A DNA stretch of 20,000 nucleotides from Vicugna vicugna. Taxonomy: Eukaryota. The position numbers were made by a program, and so were the translations under genes. The stretch covers positions 5,557,122 to 5,577,121 of the forward strand of contig MU058844.1 of NCBI GenBank assembly GCA_013265495.1, in the 5' to 3' direction. Of this stretch, positions 1-9,622 are shown piece after piece (within the stretch, counting starts at the first letter, position 1; each line of letters begins with the position of its first letter). The notes beneath the pieces are model-generated. The model was not told the DNA's origin. It saw only the letters and a list, made by a program, of their open reading frames with translations, and did not search any database.

Positions 1-245
1 GTAAATGATGCTACTGTGAACATTGGGGTACATACATCATTTTGAATAGTGTCACCTCACACCTGTCAGAATGACTATCATCAAAAAGACAAGAAATAAG
101 TGTTGGCAGGGCTATGAAGAAAAGGGAACCCTAGTATACTGTTGGTAGGAATGTAAATTGGTACAGCCTCTATAGAGAATAGTATGAAGTTTCCTCAAAA
201 AATTAAAAATAGAACTACCACATGATCCAGCAGTTCCATTCCTAA
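1..245 (-). mobile_element. LINE-1 3' fragment with 5' inversion; 1-52 on minus strand (continues left of window), 53-245 inverted on plus strand
   Basis: 53-245 (+) translates [61 protein letters not shown], the decayed C-terminal cysteine-rich region of L1 ORF2. 1-52 is the reverse complement of L1 sequence lying just downstream of that segment. Confidence 0.9.
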
Positions 246-299
246 GAGATTGAAAATTCAGACTGTTTTTTTCAATCTTGGAAATAGTGTTTTAGAAGA

Positions 300-500
300 A
301 CTGGTTTAAGACGTAGTTGAACAACATCAGAAGGTCCTACCACTAAGAATTTACTACAGTAATTTGTCAAATCTTTTCTCTTTTGTGAGCCTCAGTTTTC
401 CCATGTGTAAAATGGAGAACATTAATACCCTCTTCACTATTCTGATGAAAGAATTAAATAAGAATATGTTAGTGGAAAATTTTATTATGGCAAATGTTAC
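300..500 (+). mobile_element. MIR SINE, degenerate
   Basis: MIR core-like gtgagcctcagttttcccatgtgtaaaatggaga...taatacc followed by gaattaaataaga; ends approximate. Confidence 0.7.
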
Positions 501-1872
501 ATAATAAGGCAGATTTTAGTTCACTGATAATCAGCCTTAGAAAAAAAAAGTATAAAGGGCATGTTTCTCCACACTCAAAGGTTATCCCTCTGTTTTTCTA
601 GAGGAGCTGTATACGTTATCCCTCTGTAGTATTCTGAATTATAGTCAAAATCTTTAAATGGCACTGACATCTACAAATAAAAATAAGGAATTTTCAAGGC
701 TTTAGGTTTTTAAAGATGTTACTTTAAAAGGTTCAACAATACATAGAATTTTACACTTGTAGAATACCTAGATTTTTACTTGCTTCTGGAAGACACATCT
801 TATAAATTGTCATAATCTGTCATTTTTAGAGATTTATATAATCATAATTTGTATAATCACAAATTGCTTTGATATACTTGTTTAGCATGTATGATTAAAA
901 AAAAGCTACCAGATATAAAAATCAAAAAAAAAAAACCAACAAAAAAACCCCAAACACCCATAGCATTAATTTATATTTTTTAAATGGCAGCACTGCTGAT
1001 AACTGTTAACCAGCCTTTATACACTTAGGAAGCAAGGCAAAGGTCACATACTCACGTAGTTGTCAGATCAATGTATTGCTCAGATTATTGTAAGAAATGA
1101 TACAATTTGAGGCTGTGTTTTTCATTGAGGCTAATTTTTTAACCTAGTTCACTTTTTCTTGATAACAGGAACATTCCACTCATAGTTACAATCAGTTAAT
1201 GCTCCCATAAAAACTAAATGTTTAAAAATAAGGAAAAAGTCCAGACTGTATAACTCCTTCATTACTCCCATAAGGATTAAAGGATGTGGTTGTATTTGGA
1301 CCCCTTTGAAAGTTTGGGCAAAGTAACAGTGGAATATTTAAGCCATAGAAATGCAACATAGTTGGTCTCAGACTCTAGGGTATGTTGTAGGCATTATTGA
1401 TGTGGCTCCCATGCAAAGTAGAGATATGGAATTGTCACTTTCATCAAATAATGAAAGTTACCTAACAATACTGATAACTCATTGTCCTATAAATAATGGA
1501 TTGAATATTGTCAAACTTAAAAATAAAGACATACAGATACAGACATATAGAGAAAAGTAAATTATTGGATGACATCATCTTGATTTAGACAGCGTTTTTT
1601 TTTTTTTTTAAGTCTTGAACCACACTTTCCGAACCCAAAGGTACTGACATGGTAGTAGAACTCACAGTCACAAATTCAGGGTTTCTTTAAACATATTAAT
1701 GTCAGCAATGGATAGAGAAAACCAAACAGCAAGTGTTGAAAGTAGAAACGTAATTGGCCTGTTTGGAAAAAGTCTACTAGAGTAACAGTGACCAGATTCA
1801 ACATGCAAGTGCCATCATGATGAATGTTTACAACACTTTTTTGAGAGCCAATTATACTGTTTTTTTGTGCAG

Positions 1873-1983
1873 GGACTGGAGATCAGCCAGATCAGTTGTA
1901 TGCACAAAGCCGCTTTGGGTCTGTCTTTTCAAACAAGAGCTGCAGAAAACGTTATAGCAAGGTTGAAGCTTTATTCCACTTCG
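1873..1983 (+). other. Candidate internal spliced exon (111 nt) of an unidentified gene; coding status unknown
   Basis: Acceptor ctgtttttttgtgcAG| (AG 1871-1872) and donor TCG|GTAAGA (GT 1984-1985). Length is divisible by 3 and two of three frames are open (GLEISQISCMHKAALGLSFQTRAAENVIARLKLYSTS; TGDQPDQLYAQSRFGSVFSNKSCRKRYSKVEALFHF). It is GC-richer than its flanks, carries CpGs and sits in repeat-free sequence. No protein recognised. Confidence 0.5.
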
Positions 1984-3094
1984 GTAAGAGAAGCTTTCTT
2001 TTTTCTTTGCTATGGTGAGAGTTTGATAAGAAATCCTTTTAAGCCATAATGTGGTTAGAGAGAAGTGAAGCTGTTCTATGTTACAAGTCATAAAATGTTT
2101 TCTTTTCTTTTGAACTGTTTTTTCATGATGCTTTTTGCCCGTACATTACAGTGAAATAAAACCGGAACCACTAAGTCATACTGCACATGTTAAATTTGTA
2201 CTGGAGGTAGGGGAGTCTTAAATTCCTCTTTTGCTGAGTGAAATGTCGTGCTATTGTATGTTTTTTACTGTAGATCTCCCAGTCAGGACAGAAGGGAAAA
2301 AGTCAGTATTCTGATACCGTGGCTGAGAGAGAATCCATGTGTTTAAGATTTCCCCTGACCAGGGATGTTATGAATGCTCAGCAGCTCACCACCATAAAGC
2401 TTCAAGAACCCAACCAAATTTGGCCTTTGGGTTTACTTGCAGGCATCTCTGATCACTGTAGCTTCCTTTCATTTTAAAAATTGGAAAAGCTGGAGATAGT
2501 AATTCTGGATGGGTTTGTCTGCTTATGGCTTTTGTCACTTTAGCTCTAAATAATATAATGGTACACATATATATAAAATACAAGATTTTGTTTTTCACAT
2601 ACATTTCTTTGACCTGTAATGTGCTTAAATATTACTGTATAAATGTCTACCTGTTAGAAACTCTACCTGAATTCATATCTGTCTAAAATAACAGGAAATG
2701 GTTGAGAATATAAATATATGTGTGTATGCACAATTAATTTTAGATAATGGCAGATTTCTACATTAGACTAATGTAATCCCTGCCAAAGCTTATCATTTTA
2801 AGTTTGCATTTATATAGTTTTTCATTTTCTTGGTAAGCGTTTGTTCAGAAAATGATGATGCAAAATCAAAAAGACTTAACAGCCAATCAGCTGCATTGAA
2901 CTTGAACACTAAATCTATTTTTTAAAGTGAACTTGTCTGTAGTTTTCAGTAGCTCAATTACATATGGGATTTCATAGACAGATAGGTAGATCCATGAGAG
3001 ATTTGAATATAAATCTTTTTAGGAATTTATCCTACAGTAGTATTCCCAGCTTCAAAGATATTAGCAGCTGGCAGTATTCAGTCTAAAAAAAATC

Positions 3095-3160
3095 ACTAAT
3101 AAATATTCATGTTTATTTGATCATTTTAATAAGTATTTATTAACTATCTACCTTACTAAA
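3095..3160 (-). mobile_element. Possible L2 3'-end remnant
   Basis: ttcatgtttatttgatcattttaataagtatttattaactatctacc resembles the reverse-complement L2 terminus (ttcattcaacaaatatttattgagcacctact); very degraded and AT-rich. Confidence 0.3.
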
Positions 3161-3778
3161 TATTTCAAGGAGAAGAAATTTGTAGCTTATAAAAGAAATA
3201 TAATGTGTAATATCTCTTCATATTTAAGGATGATTCAACAGATGTACTTGAAAATTGTTTATAATGAGGTTTTAGCTAAGGATAAATCCTTAAGAGTATC
3301 TTACACGCAGAGTCAGGAACAGTCAGGGACAACAATGAATGCAATGAGAATAAATTTTTAAGATTAAAAAATAATTCCACCCTTTACTATATGAGCCTGA
3401 AAAACTGTAACAATGCCATTTTCCCCTTTTACCCTCTTCTAAATAATGCGTACATTTAATACAACCCACTTTAAGTACTTAAGCTGTGTACATTGTACTG
3501 AAAGAAATATAGACAGCCTTGCCCTTGAAAGACAGTCTGATCTAAAGAGGAGCTGAAGAAAAAAAATTATATTACCTGAGTCCATATAGTTAAAATAGTA
3601 AGAATAATAAAGTTAATACCTTGTGATTTCTTAGAGTGCTTGTCGCCCTTTTGGGCACCTGCAGCAGGCAACAACAGCAGCAAAAAGCCCAGTTCCCTTC
3701 ATTTCTACCTTTCTCAATTTTGAAATTAATTTCAGATGGACGAAAGTATTTTTCTAGGACAAGAGCCATGTTTAATGG

Positions 3779-3816
3779 TATGTATGTATGTGTGTGTGTG
3801 TATATATATATTTATA
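3779..3816. repeat. Compound (TATG)/(TG)n/(TA)n microsatellite
   Basis: tatgtatgtatgtgtgtgtgtgtatatatatat read directly. Confidence 0.9.
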
Positions 3817-3874
3817 TTTTCCTTTCATTATTACCTTTGCCTTTAGAAACTACACTTGTTATCTCTCTCCCCCG

Positions 3875-3898
3875 CACACACAGACACACACACACACA
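3875..3898. repeat. (CA)n microsatellite, interrupted
   Basis: cacacacagacacacacacacaca read directly. Confidence 0.9.
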
Positions 3899-4359
3899 TT
3901 ATTTCACAGGACAGGAAAGGGAAGCAAGTATAGATAGCACTTGTGCCCCCTGATGAGTGTGGTCCAATAGGACCTAACAGAATGTTTTACCTACAAGCCT
4001 TTACTTTTATTATTTATGCCGAGAACATGGTTTTTCTATTGTCTCATGTCCAGCTTTTATGTGTCCTTTATGGGTCAGAATAGAGGCCATTTTATATCAT
4101 GGTGTCTTCCCAGCACGCCTCATGCCCCAGTCCAGCAAAATGATCTCTTCTCTTTTGAAACATTCTTGTCACTTTGTCGTTGTGGCAAAAAGACTGAAGT
4201 TGAGGAACAGCATGTAAATGTTTCTCTTCATAACCACAAAGACAATTTGACACCTTTGTCACACAGTCCCTCCCTCTGGGCGTTGTTTCAGGAATCTGCT
4301 TTTTTAAAAGTTGCTTGTTAGAAAATTATTTTTTATTTCTTTAAAAATTTCCTTTGTCT

Positions 4360-5160
4360 TCCTTGCCCACCTGCTTTTCTTACAGCTGATGATCTTGCCT
4401 TCCATTTCCTAGAGAAAATAGAAATCATCTGGTGAGTTCACCCCATTCTTTTGCCTCCAAATCTAAAAGCTTAGTTCAGTCTACGCCATCCCTCTCTTCC
4501 GTCCACCTTTTATGGTGGGAGGAAACACCCAAACTTGAATCCACGCTCAACTTCTCCTCTCCTGTGAGTTCTCAGGTATTCACCTCCATCTGTCAGTTCT
4601 CCATTCCTAATCATCAGCTTTATTTTCTCCGTAAGATCTTTCCCGCTTGTGTTAAATTAAGTACATACCTACCAATCAGTGGTAGAGCTGGCACGTTCCC
4701 TTGACGATCCATCCATATTCCTGCCACTCTTCACAAACTGCTCAGAGTTTTTTTTTCTCCTCCAGACATCATTTTCATGACCCTGTCTGCCACCAGTTCT
4801 CTCTAATCTTACTCCACCTTTGTGACTCTTCTGAACTTTCTCAGGAAACCGTGTGGCTATTTTTGCTAAATTGGCCACTCTTCAGTTCTCATTTTAGTTT
4901 CCCACAAGCATTTAAAGCTTGACGATTCAATCCTTTTTGAAATATTTTAAACTTAACTTCCTTGGTACCACATTCTCATGGTTTTTTTTTTTTTCTCTTG
5001 GTTGATTTTCTTACTTTTTGGTAGTTTCTTTTCCTACTTTTTTTCTTTTCTGGGCTATGTGATAAAGAGTTCCACAAAACTCAGTCATGGGCCTCATACT
5101 CCTCTCCCAGTTTCCCCCCTCACTCCCTCTCTCCATGGTCTTCATTACTATAATTTAAAA
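4360..5160 (+). mobile_element. LINE-2 (L2) ORF2-region fragment
   Basis: Pyrimidine-rich with L2 landmarks in order: ctgatgatcttgccttccatttcctagagaaaatagaaatcatc, ctcttcagttctcatttt...agcattt, ccttggtaccacattctcatggtttt, gagttccacaaaactcagtcatgggcctc, ccatggtcttcattacta. Confidence 0.75.
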
Positions 5161-5649
5161 ACATGTTTAAATATTTAGCAGCAGTCTTACAGTTATGTGC
5201 ACCAATAGCTAGTGCATCCTTTGATAAAATAGGGATATGCTTGACAGGCTCATTAGATTTGGGATCAGCTAATAAAATACCCTCCACCCTAAACAATATT
5301 TGACTAGGTTCTACCATGTTTCTATTTTTATTTCTTTCTATTTTACTACTGAATGTCACTGTCTTGTTTCATAAATACACTATTTCTTTAAATACACAAA
5401 ATAATGGAAATGGAGAAAGGGGAAAGCATGAAAAAGGAGTAGAATAAACAGATGTTGTTATACTAAGATATTCTTACCTTTTGGCAAAATAAGAAATAAG
5501 TAATAAGAGCGAACATATGAGAAATGGTGCAAATGCTGATACAGTTATCTTTATTTTGAACTCTGTGAGATTCACACAGAGATTCATAGTGGAAAGTTTT
5601 TAATCAAATCGAGAAGAAATGTCTGAGAAAAAGGCATAGCTGTGAAAGT

Positions 5650-5735
5650 TGTGGCAGTTAAGCTCTTTTGGGTTATAACAAACAAGGAGAAAAATAAATT
5701 GCTTCAGCCATTATTATGAAGAATATATTTTGAAA
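5650..5735 (-). mobile_element. Possible old MLT1 (J/K/L-like) MaLR LTR end fragment
   Basis: ggcagttaagctcttttgggttataacaaacaagg...ttgcttcagcc resembles the recalled reverse-complement MLT1 terminus (gtcagttaggattcttttggttgcaagtaacag...ggcttaagc). Confidence 0.3.
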
Positions 5736-6066
5736 TAGAGTTTACTTAAAAGCAAATATTACTTTTATTGAAGAATATTAATAATTATATGACAGACTCC
5801 TCCAGATTATATTTGAACGTTTGTCCAGGATAAAAATTACCAAGAAATAAGACTAAAGATAATGCAGAAATAATGAGAAATATTGGGGAGCAGGAGAATG
5901 ACTTGTCACTAATGACAAAATACAGCCTATTCTAAATAGACAGTGAGAATTTCAACGTGGGAAATAAGAGGTCAAGGAAATTTTAATCAGCTGCAGGCTA
6001 GAAGGGAGGAAGAGAAGTAAACTGAGCACAGGGCTGTATTCAGAAAAAAGTAAAAGGATTATACAA

Positions 6067-6190
6067 GGGAGGAGGGTATAGCTCAGTGGGAGAGTGCCTG
6101 CTTAGCATGCATGAGGTCCTGGATTCAATCCCCAGTACCTCCATTAAAAAATAAATAAATAAACCAAATAACCCTAATAACACCCTCTCC
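6067..6190 (+). mobile_element. tRNA-Ala(AGC)-derived SINE, camelid vic-1-like
   Basis: A box TAGCTCAGTGG 6079-6089; AGC anticodon remnant 6104-6106; mutated B box GGATTCAATCC 6121-6131; (TAAA)n tract; C-rich end ccctaataacaccctctccc; flanking direct repeats 6041-6066 and 6191-6216. Confidence 0.9.
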
Positions 6191-6964
6191 CAGAAAAAAG
6201 CAAAAAGATTATACAATATGTCAATGAATAAAGGTTAGTGTGTCGTGTGTGTGTGTGTAACATATACTGTGATGTATAGATTGATATCTCTGTCCATCAT
6301 AATCACACTTCATTTTGCCTTTGACTTGATTTTTCTAGATGCACTATTTCTGGTAGAAACTCAAATATGATAATACCAACAGAATTACTTGCCTTAGCTC
6401 TTTTTTGATTTATTCACATCAAATGCCACCTCCTCAGACAGACTGCTGTAGCTCCCTGCTCCTGTGGTCACGGTGTATACTCTTACCACACTTTTTCGTC
6501 ATATAATTTACAACTACTTGATACTTTATTATTTTCTTATTTGCTTTACTTTTCGCTTTTAGACTAAAGAGAACTAAGTTTAACACTCTGTGGGAAGTGT
6601 GTGGTACCTTCAATAAAAACACTGTGATTCCTCTAGTTTGGTTATCGTGGCTGTTCGTTTTTCGGATAGTCTGTTGTGTAATTATTGTGACATGTAAAAA
6701 ACACCCATAACATTATTTTGTTAACCTAACACTTACAGCCAACAGTCATGCATGCACACACACATGCACACACACAATATACTAAAGAAGTCTATGACAT
6801 TTACTTAGAAGAGTAAAAAATAAAGGGATTTCTTTTTTTATTTTTTTCTCATTAATTCACATATCTTTTTGTGAGAAAACACTGTTTCCTGATAAGAATA
6901 AATAAACTTGATCCCTGTAAGTAATTTATGCTAATTGTTCTCATTATTCCTCTTAATTCTTCAG

Positions 6965-7130
6965 CAACATTAGTGGTTAAGGCCACAAGGTCCTGTGTTT
7001 GACAGCCTTTGTTTTATATCTTCTATAACTCTTTACTGTCTGTGAATTTAGATAAAGAATATAAACTCCCTTGTCAATAGAATGAACATAACAACATTTT
7101 CATCTCCGTATGTCTTAACATGTTAAAACA
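6965..7130 (+). mobile_element. Possible highly degraded MIR
   Basis: tagtggttaaggccaca...gacagcct...tttactgtctgtgaatttagataa follows the order of the MIR 5' head. Confidence 0.35.
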
Positions 7131-7254
7131 TTTCTAACTATGTTGCAGCATTGTAGTGATACAGTGTGTGGTACTCCCCACCTCCCATCAAAGTGGTGGC
7201 TCTAAGTATGAAGTACTTGTTCATTTATGCTGCACATCATTCCATGAAGAAATC

Positions 7255-7440
7255 TAGACAGGGAGCATCAAACCTGCACACTAAAGGGAGAAGAGGGCCC
7301 CTCCTCAGGAAACACGACCCTCTTCTTTTCTAGAAGTCCGCACAAGAAATCTTGAAGAGGAGTATCCCAAACCTGGGATTGCCCTTCTTCGCCAATACCT
7401 CCTGCCCCTGTTAGCTGAAATGAATACGGCCTGGGCCTGT
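7255..7440 (-). mobile_element. Probable old MLT1 (J/K/L-like) MaLR LTR fragment
   Basis: gcatcaaacc...agaagaggg...cttttctagaagtcc...ctgggattgccc...ccaatacc loosely parallels the recalled reverse-complement MLT1J/K interior. Confidence 0.35.
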
Positions 7441-7496
7441 TAAATATGTACTGTTCTTTGTATATCAACTGTATCTCAGTAAAGTTGTTCAAAAAA
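7441..7496 (+). mobile_element. Very short ancient L1M 3' terminus with A tail
   Basis: taaatatgtactgttctttgtatatcaactgtatctcagtaaagttgttcaaaaaa matches the L1MA/MB/MC-type terminus (tgtatgtcaattatacctcaataaagctg). Confidence 0.7.
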
Positions 7497-7594
7497 GAAG
7501 GCACTTAAATAGGACAATTGTGTGAGAAGGTCCAAGTAGCATACTTAGCTGTGATTTTTCTTTATACCTCAGAGGAATAGGTGTGTCTCCATAT

Positions 7595-7860
7595 AGCACT
7601 TAAGAGCAGAGGTGTGGTCAGAACCAGTTCTGCCATAGGCTGGCTGTGCAACCTTGGGCAATTGACTAACATTCCTAAGCCTTTGTTTCCTTATCTGTAT
7701 AAGGAAACAATACTTGTTAATAATTAATAATAATAATAATAATACTTGTTAATTCTACCTATGATTTTTGTATTTATATGTTAACATGAGCTGAGATAAT
7801 AGGTACATTTAGTGTAGTGTCTGGTGCCTTACAAATGACCAATAAATAATCATTATTAGA
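7595..7860 (+). mobile_element. MIR SINE, near full length, with internal (AAT)n
   Basis: ctggctgtgcaaccttgggcaattgactaac...ctaagcctttgtttccttatctgtataagg...catttagtgtagtgtctggtgc...caataaat. Confidence 0.85.
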
Positions 7861-8696
7861 ATTTTATTGTGATATGTTTCCTCTTCTACTGTTCTTCAAC
7901 ATCTGGAAATAAGGCAGCAGGCTTTGAGCCAAAGGGCAAAGGAATGCCAGCATAAAGTTCTCCATTTTCTTGGGATGGAAACATACACTAATGCTAAGGA
8001 TGTTGGTGAAATAGAAAATATTTGGAAAACCACTGGCAGTGATGGAACCCATTCAGAGCTCTTAAGAAGCAGTTGCCATAATATCCCACCTGTCTAGATG
8101 GGCATCGAATAGGTGGTGTCCCTCTAGTGCTGAGAGCACAGTTTTAACATGAAAGGTCCTCATTAGATTTTAAAATATTGCACTTACATAGCTTGCTTCT
8201 GTTATGGGAAGAGGAAAATTTTAAGTGCTTCTTGATTGAGAAAAATATATAGTGAGTATACAATGGAATAGAATATATAGTTATTGATATAGTTGTAGAT
8301 TATTATTACTGTTATTAATTTTGTTAACTGTCTAAATTATTGAGAGACAGAAAGTCATTTGTAAGGTCCCTCGATAATCAGAAGGAATCTTTGTTAAGCA
8401 AATCCAAGTTTAATACCCATCCATTGACCTGGAAAACCCCAAGGTACTGGTGAAGTTATATGCAGGCAGTACCTTAAGATGCTTACCGGAAAAGGGATCA
8501 TCGTGTCATTTTCTTTGGTGGCTGGTGCAAGACACTCCAGATCTTGGGGCAGAAGGTAAAGAGAATGGACTCAGTACTACCAAAAACCTGCCACTGTCCA
8601 TAACCAAATAACCAAATACAGGTGTAATATATATATAATGGTTTTGAAAATGCCACGCCAGTGCATTTCTTGTTCTTCTTAAATTATGATGAAAGT

Positions 8697-8960
8697 CTGC
8701 ATGGTGTAATGTTCAGACCAAGAGATCTGGAGCTACTGCTTTGCTGCCTGATCTTGAATTCAGGTTCTATCACTTAATGATTGTGTGGCTTTGAATAAGT
8801 TATTCTATTTCTGTGTGCCTCAGATTTATCGTCTCTAAAATGGATATAATAATAGTTCATGCTCCACTGACTTGTTACAAGAATTAAAAGGTTTAATAAA
8901 TGTATTCTTTAGAATAGTACCAGGCATAAGAGATTGTTTGTAATGATAATGATGATGATG
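8697..8960 (+). mobile_element. MIR SINE, near full length
   Basis: gcatggtgtaatg...ttgaattcaggttctatcactta...tgtgtggctttgaataagtta...tctgtgtgcctcagattt...taaaatgga...tttagaatagtaccaggcata, then a (GAT)n tail. Confidence 0.9.
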
Positions 8961-9560
8961 TTCATGCCCAGCCATCCTCACTCATGAACCAGTGGATTTC
9001 AGTTCTTCAGGAACTTGAACAGATACCACCTAAAATACTGAGTCATTTCTCCGTCTGACTGTCAAATTAGTTTTGTAAGTCAATTAACCAACAGGTTTAA
9101 GCTGTGAAGAGAAATCTCATTTTAATGTTCACTTCTTACATACTAACTCAAATAATCGGTTGATTTTTTTTTTTGCGATTTGCTACTCTAAACTGGCATT
9201 TTGATTTCTATGTACTCCTAATGAAAGTCAAAGGGAAAGGTTGCATATCCAGAAATCACAGGCACCCTTAACTTCTCTTTGCTCTGCATCTTTGACACTT
9301 TTCTAAATATCTGGCTTGTATGGTTTCTGGACCTAAATGGACACATATTTACAACAGAGGCTCTCATTTTGACATTCTCATTATTGAGAATGTGAAGAAT
9401 CATGCTGATAATTTTTAATATATGTAGAGATGGATACTTTAACATATGAATATTTGTATTTCCCTGGTTTTTACTTTCGGTCTGTCCTACTGTGAAACAT
9501 TTCCAGAATCACTGACCTTGTGTTAATATTACAGTGTAATTCAATTACAGCTTATCCCCT

Positions 9561-9622
9561 ACACACACACATATATGCATGTATATACATGTACATATGT
9601 AAACACATGTGCACACATACAT
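9561..9622. repeat. Alternating purine-pyrimidine (CA/TA/TG) low-complexity tract
   Basis: acacacacacatatatgcatgtatatacatgtacatatgtaaacacatgtgcacacatacat read directly. Confidence 0.85.

Noticed and set aside
1050..1240. Minus-strand exon (donor AC|GTGAGT at 1055, acceptor near 1215)
   Set aside because: Composition is intron-like, there is no supporting coding signal, and it conflicts with the inferred + strand host.
5400..5900. Ancient L1M internal fragment (purine-rich + strand)
   Set aside because: Only compositional resemblance; I could not anchor it to diagnostic consensus motifs.
6067..6145. tRNA-Ala(AGC) gene
   Set aside because: The invariant G before TTC in the T arm is mutated (ctggaTTC), there is no oligo-T terminator, and it has a SINE tail and flanking direct repeats. 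It is a tRNA-derived SINE.
6227..6258. AATAAA followed by a GT-rich tract as an intronic poly(A) site
   Set aside because: The GT tract starts too close to the hexamer and is a simple microsatellite; AATAAA is frequent in this AT-rich window.
7285..7443. Protein-looking frame (...LEVRTRNLEEEYPKPGIALLRQYLLPLLAEMN...) after a cttttctAG acceptor; possible retrocopy or exon
   Set aside because: No recognisable homologue and no donor site; the segment is better explained as an old MLT1-like LTR fragment.
8441..8475. Perfect 9-bp inverted repeat aaggtactg/cagtacctt
   Set aside because: A 9-bp stem with a loop under 30 nt is expected by chance in 20 kb.
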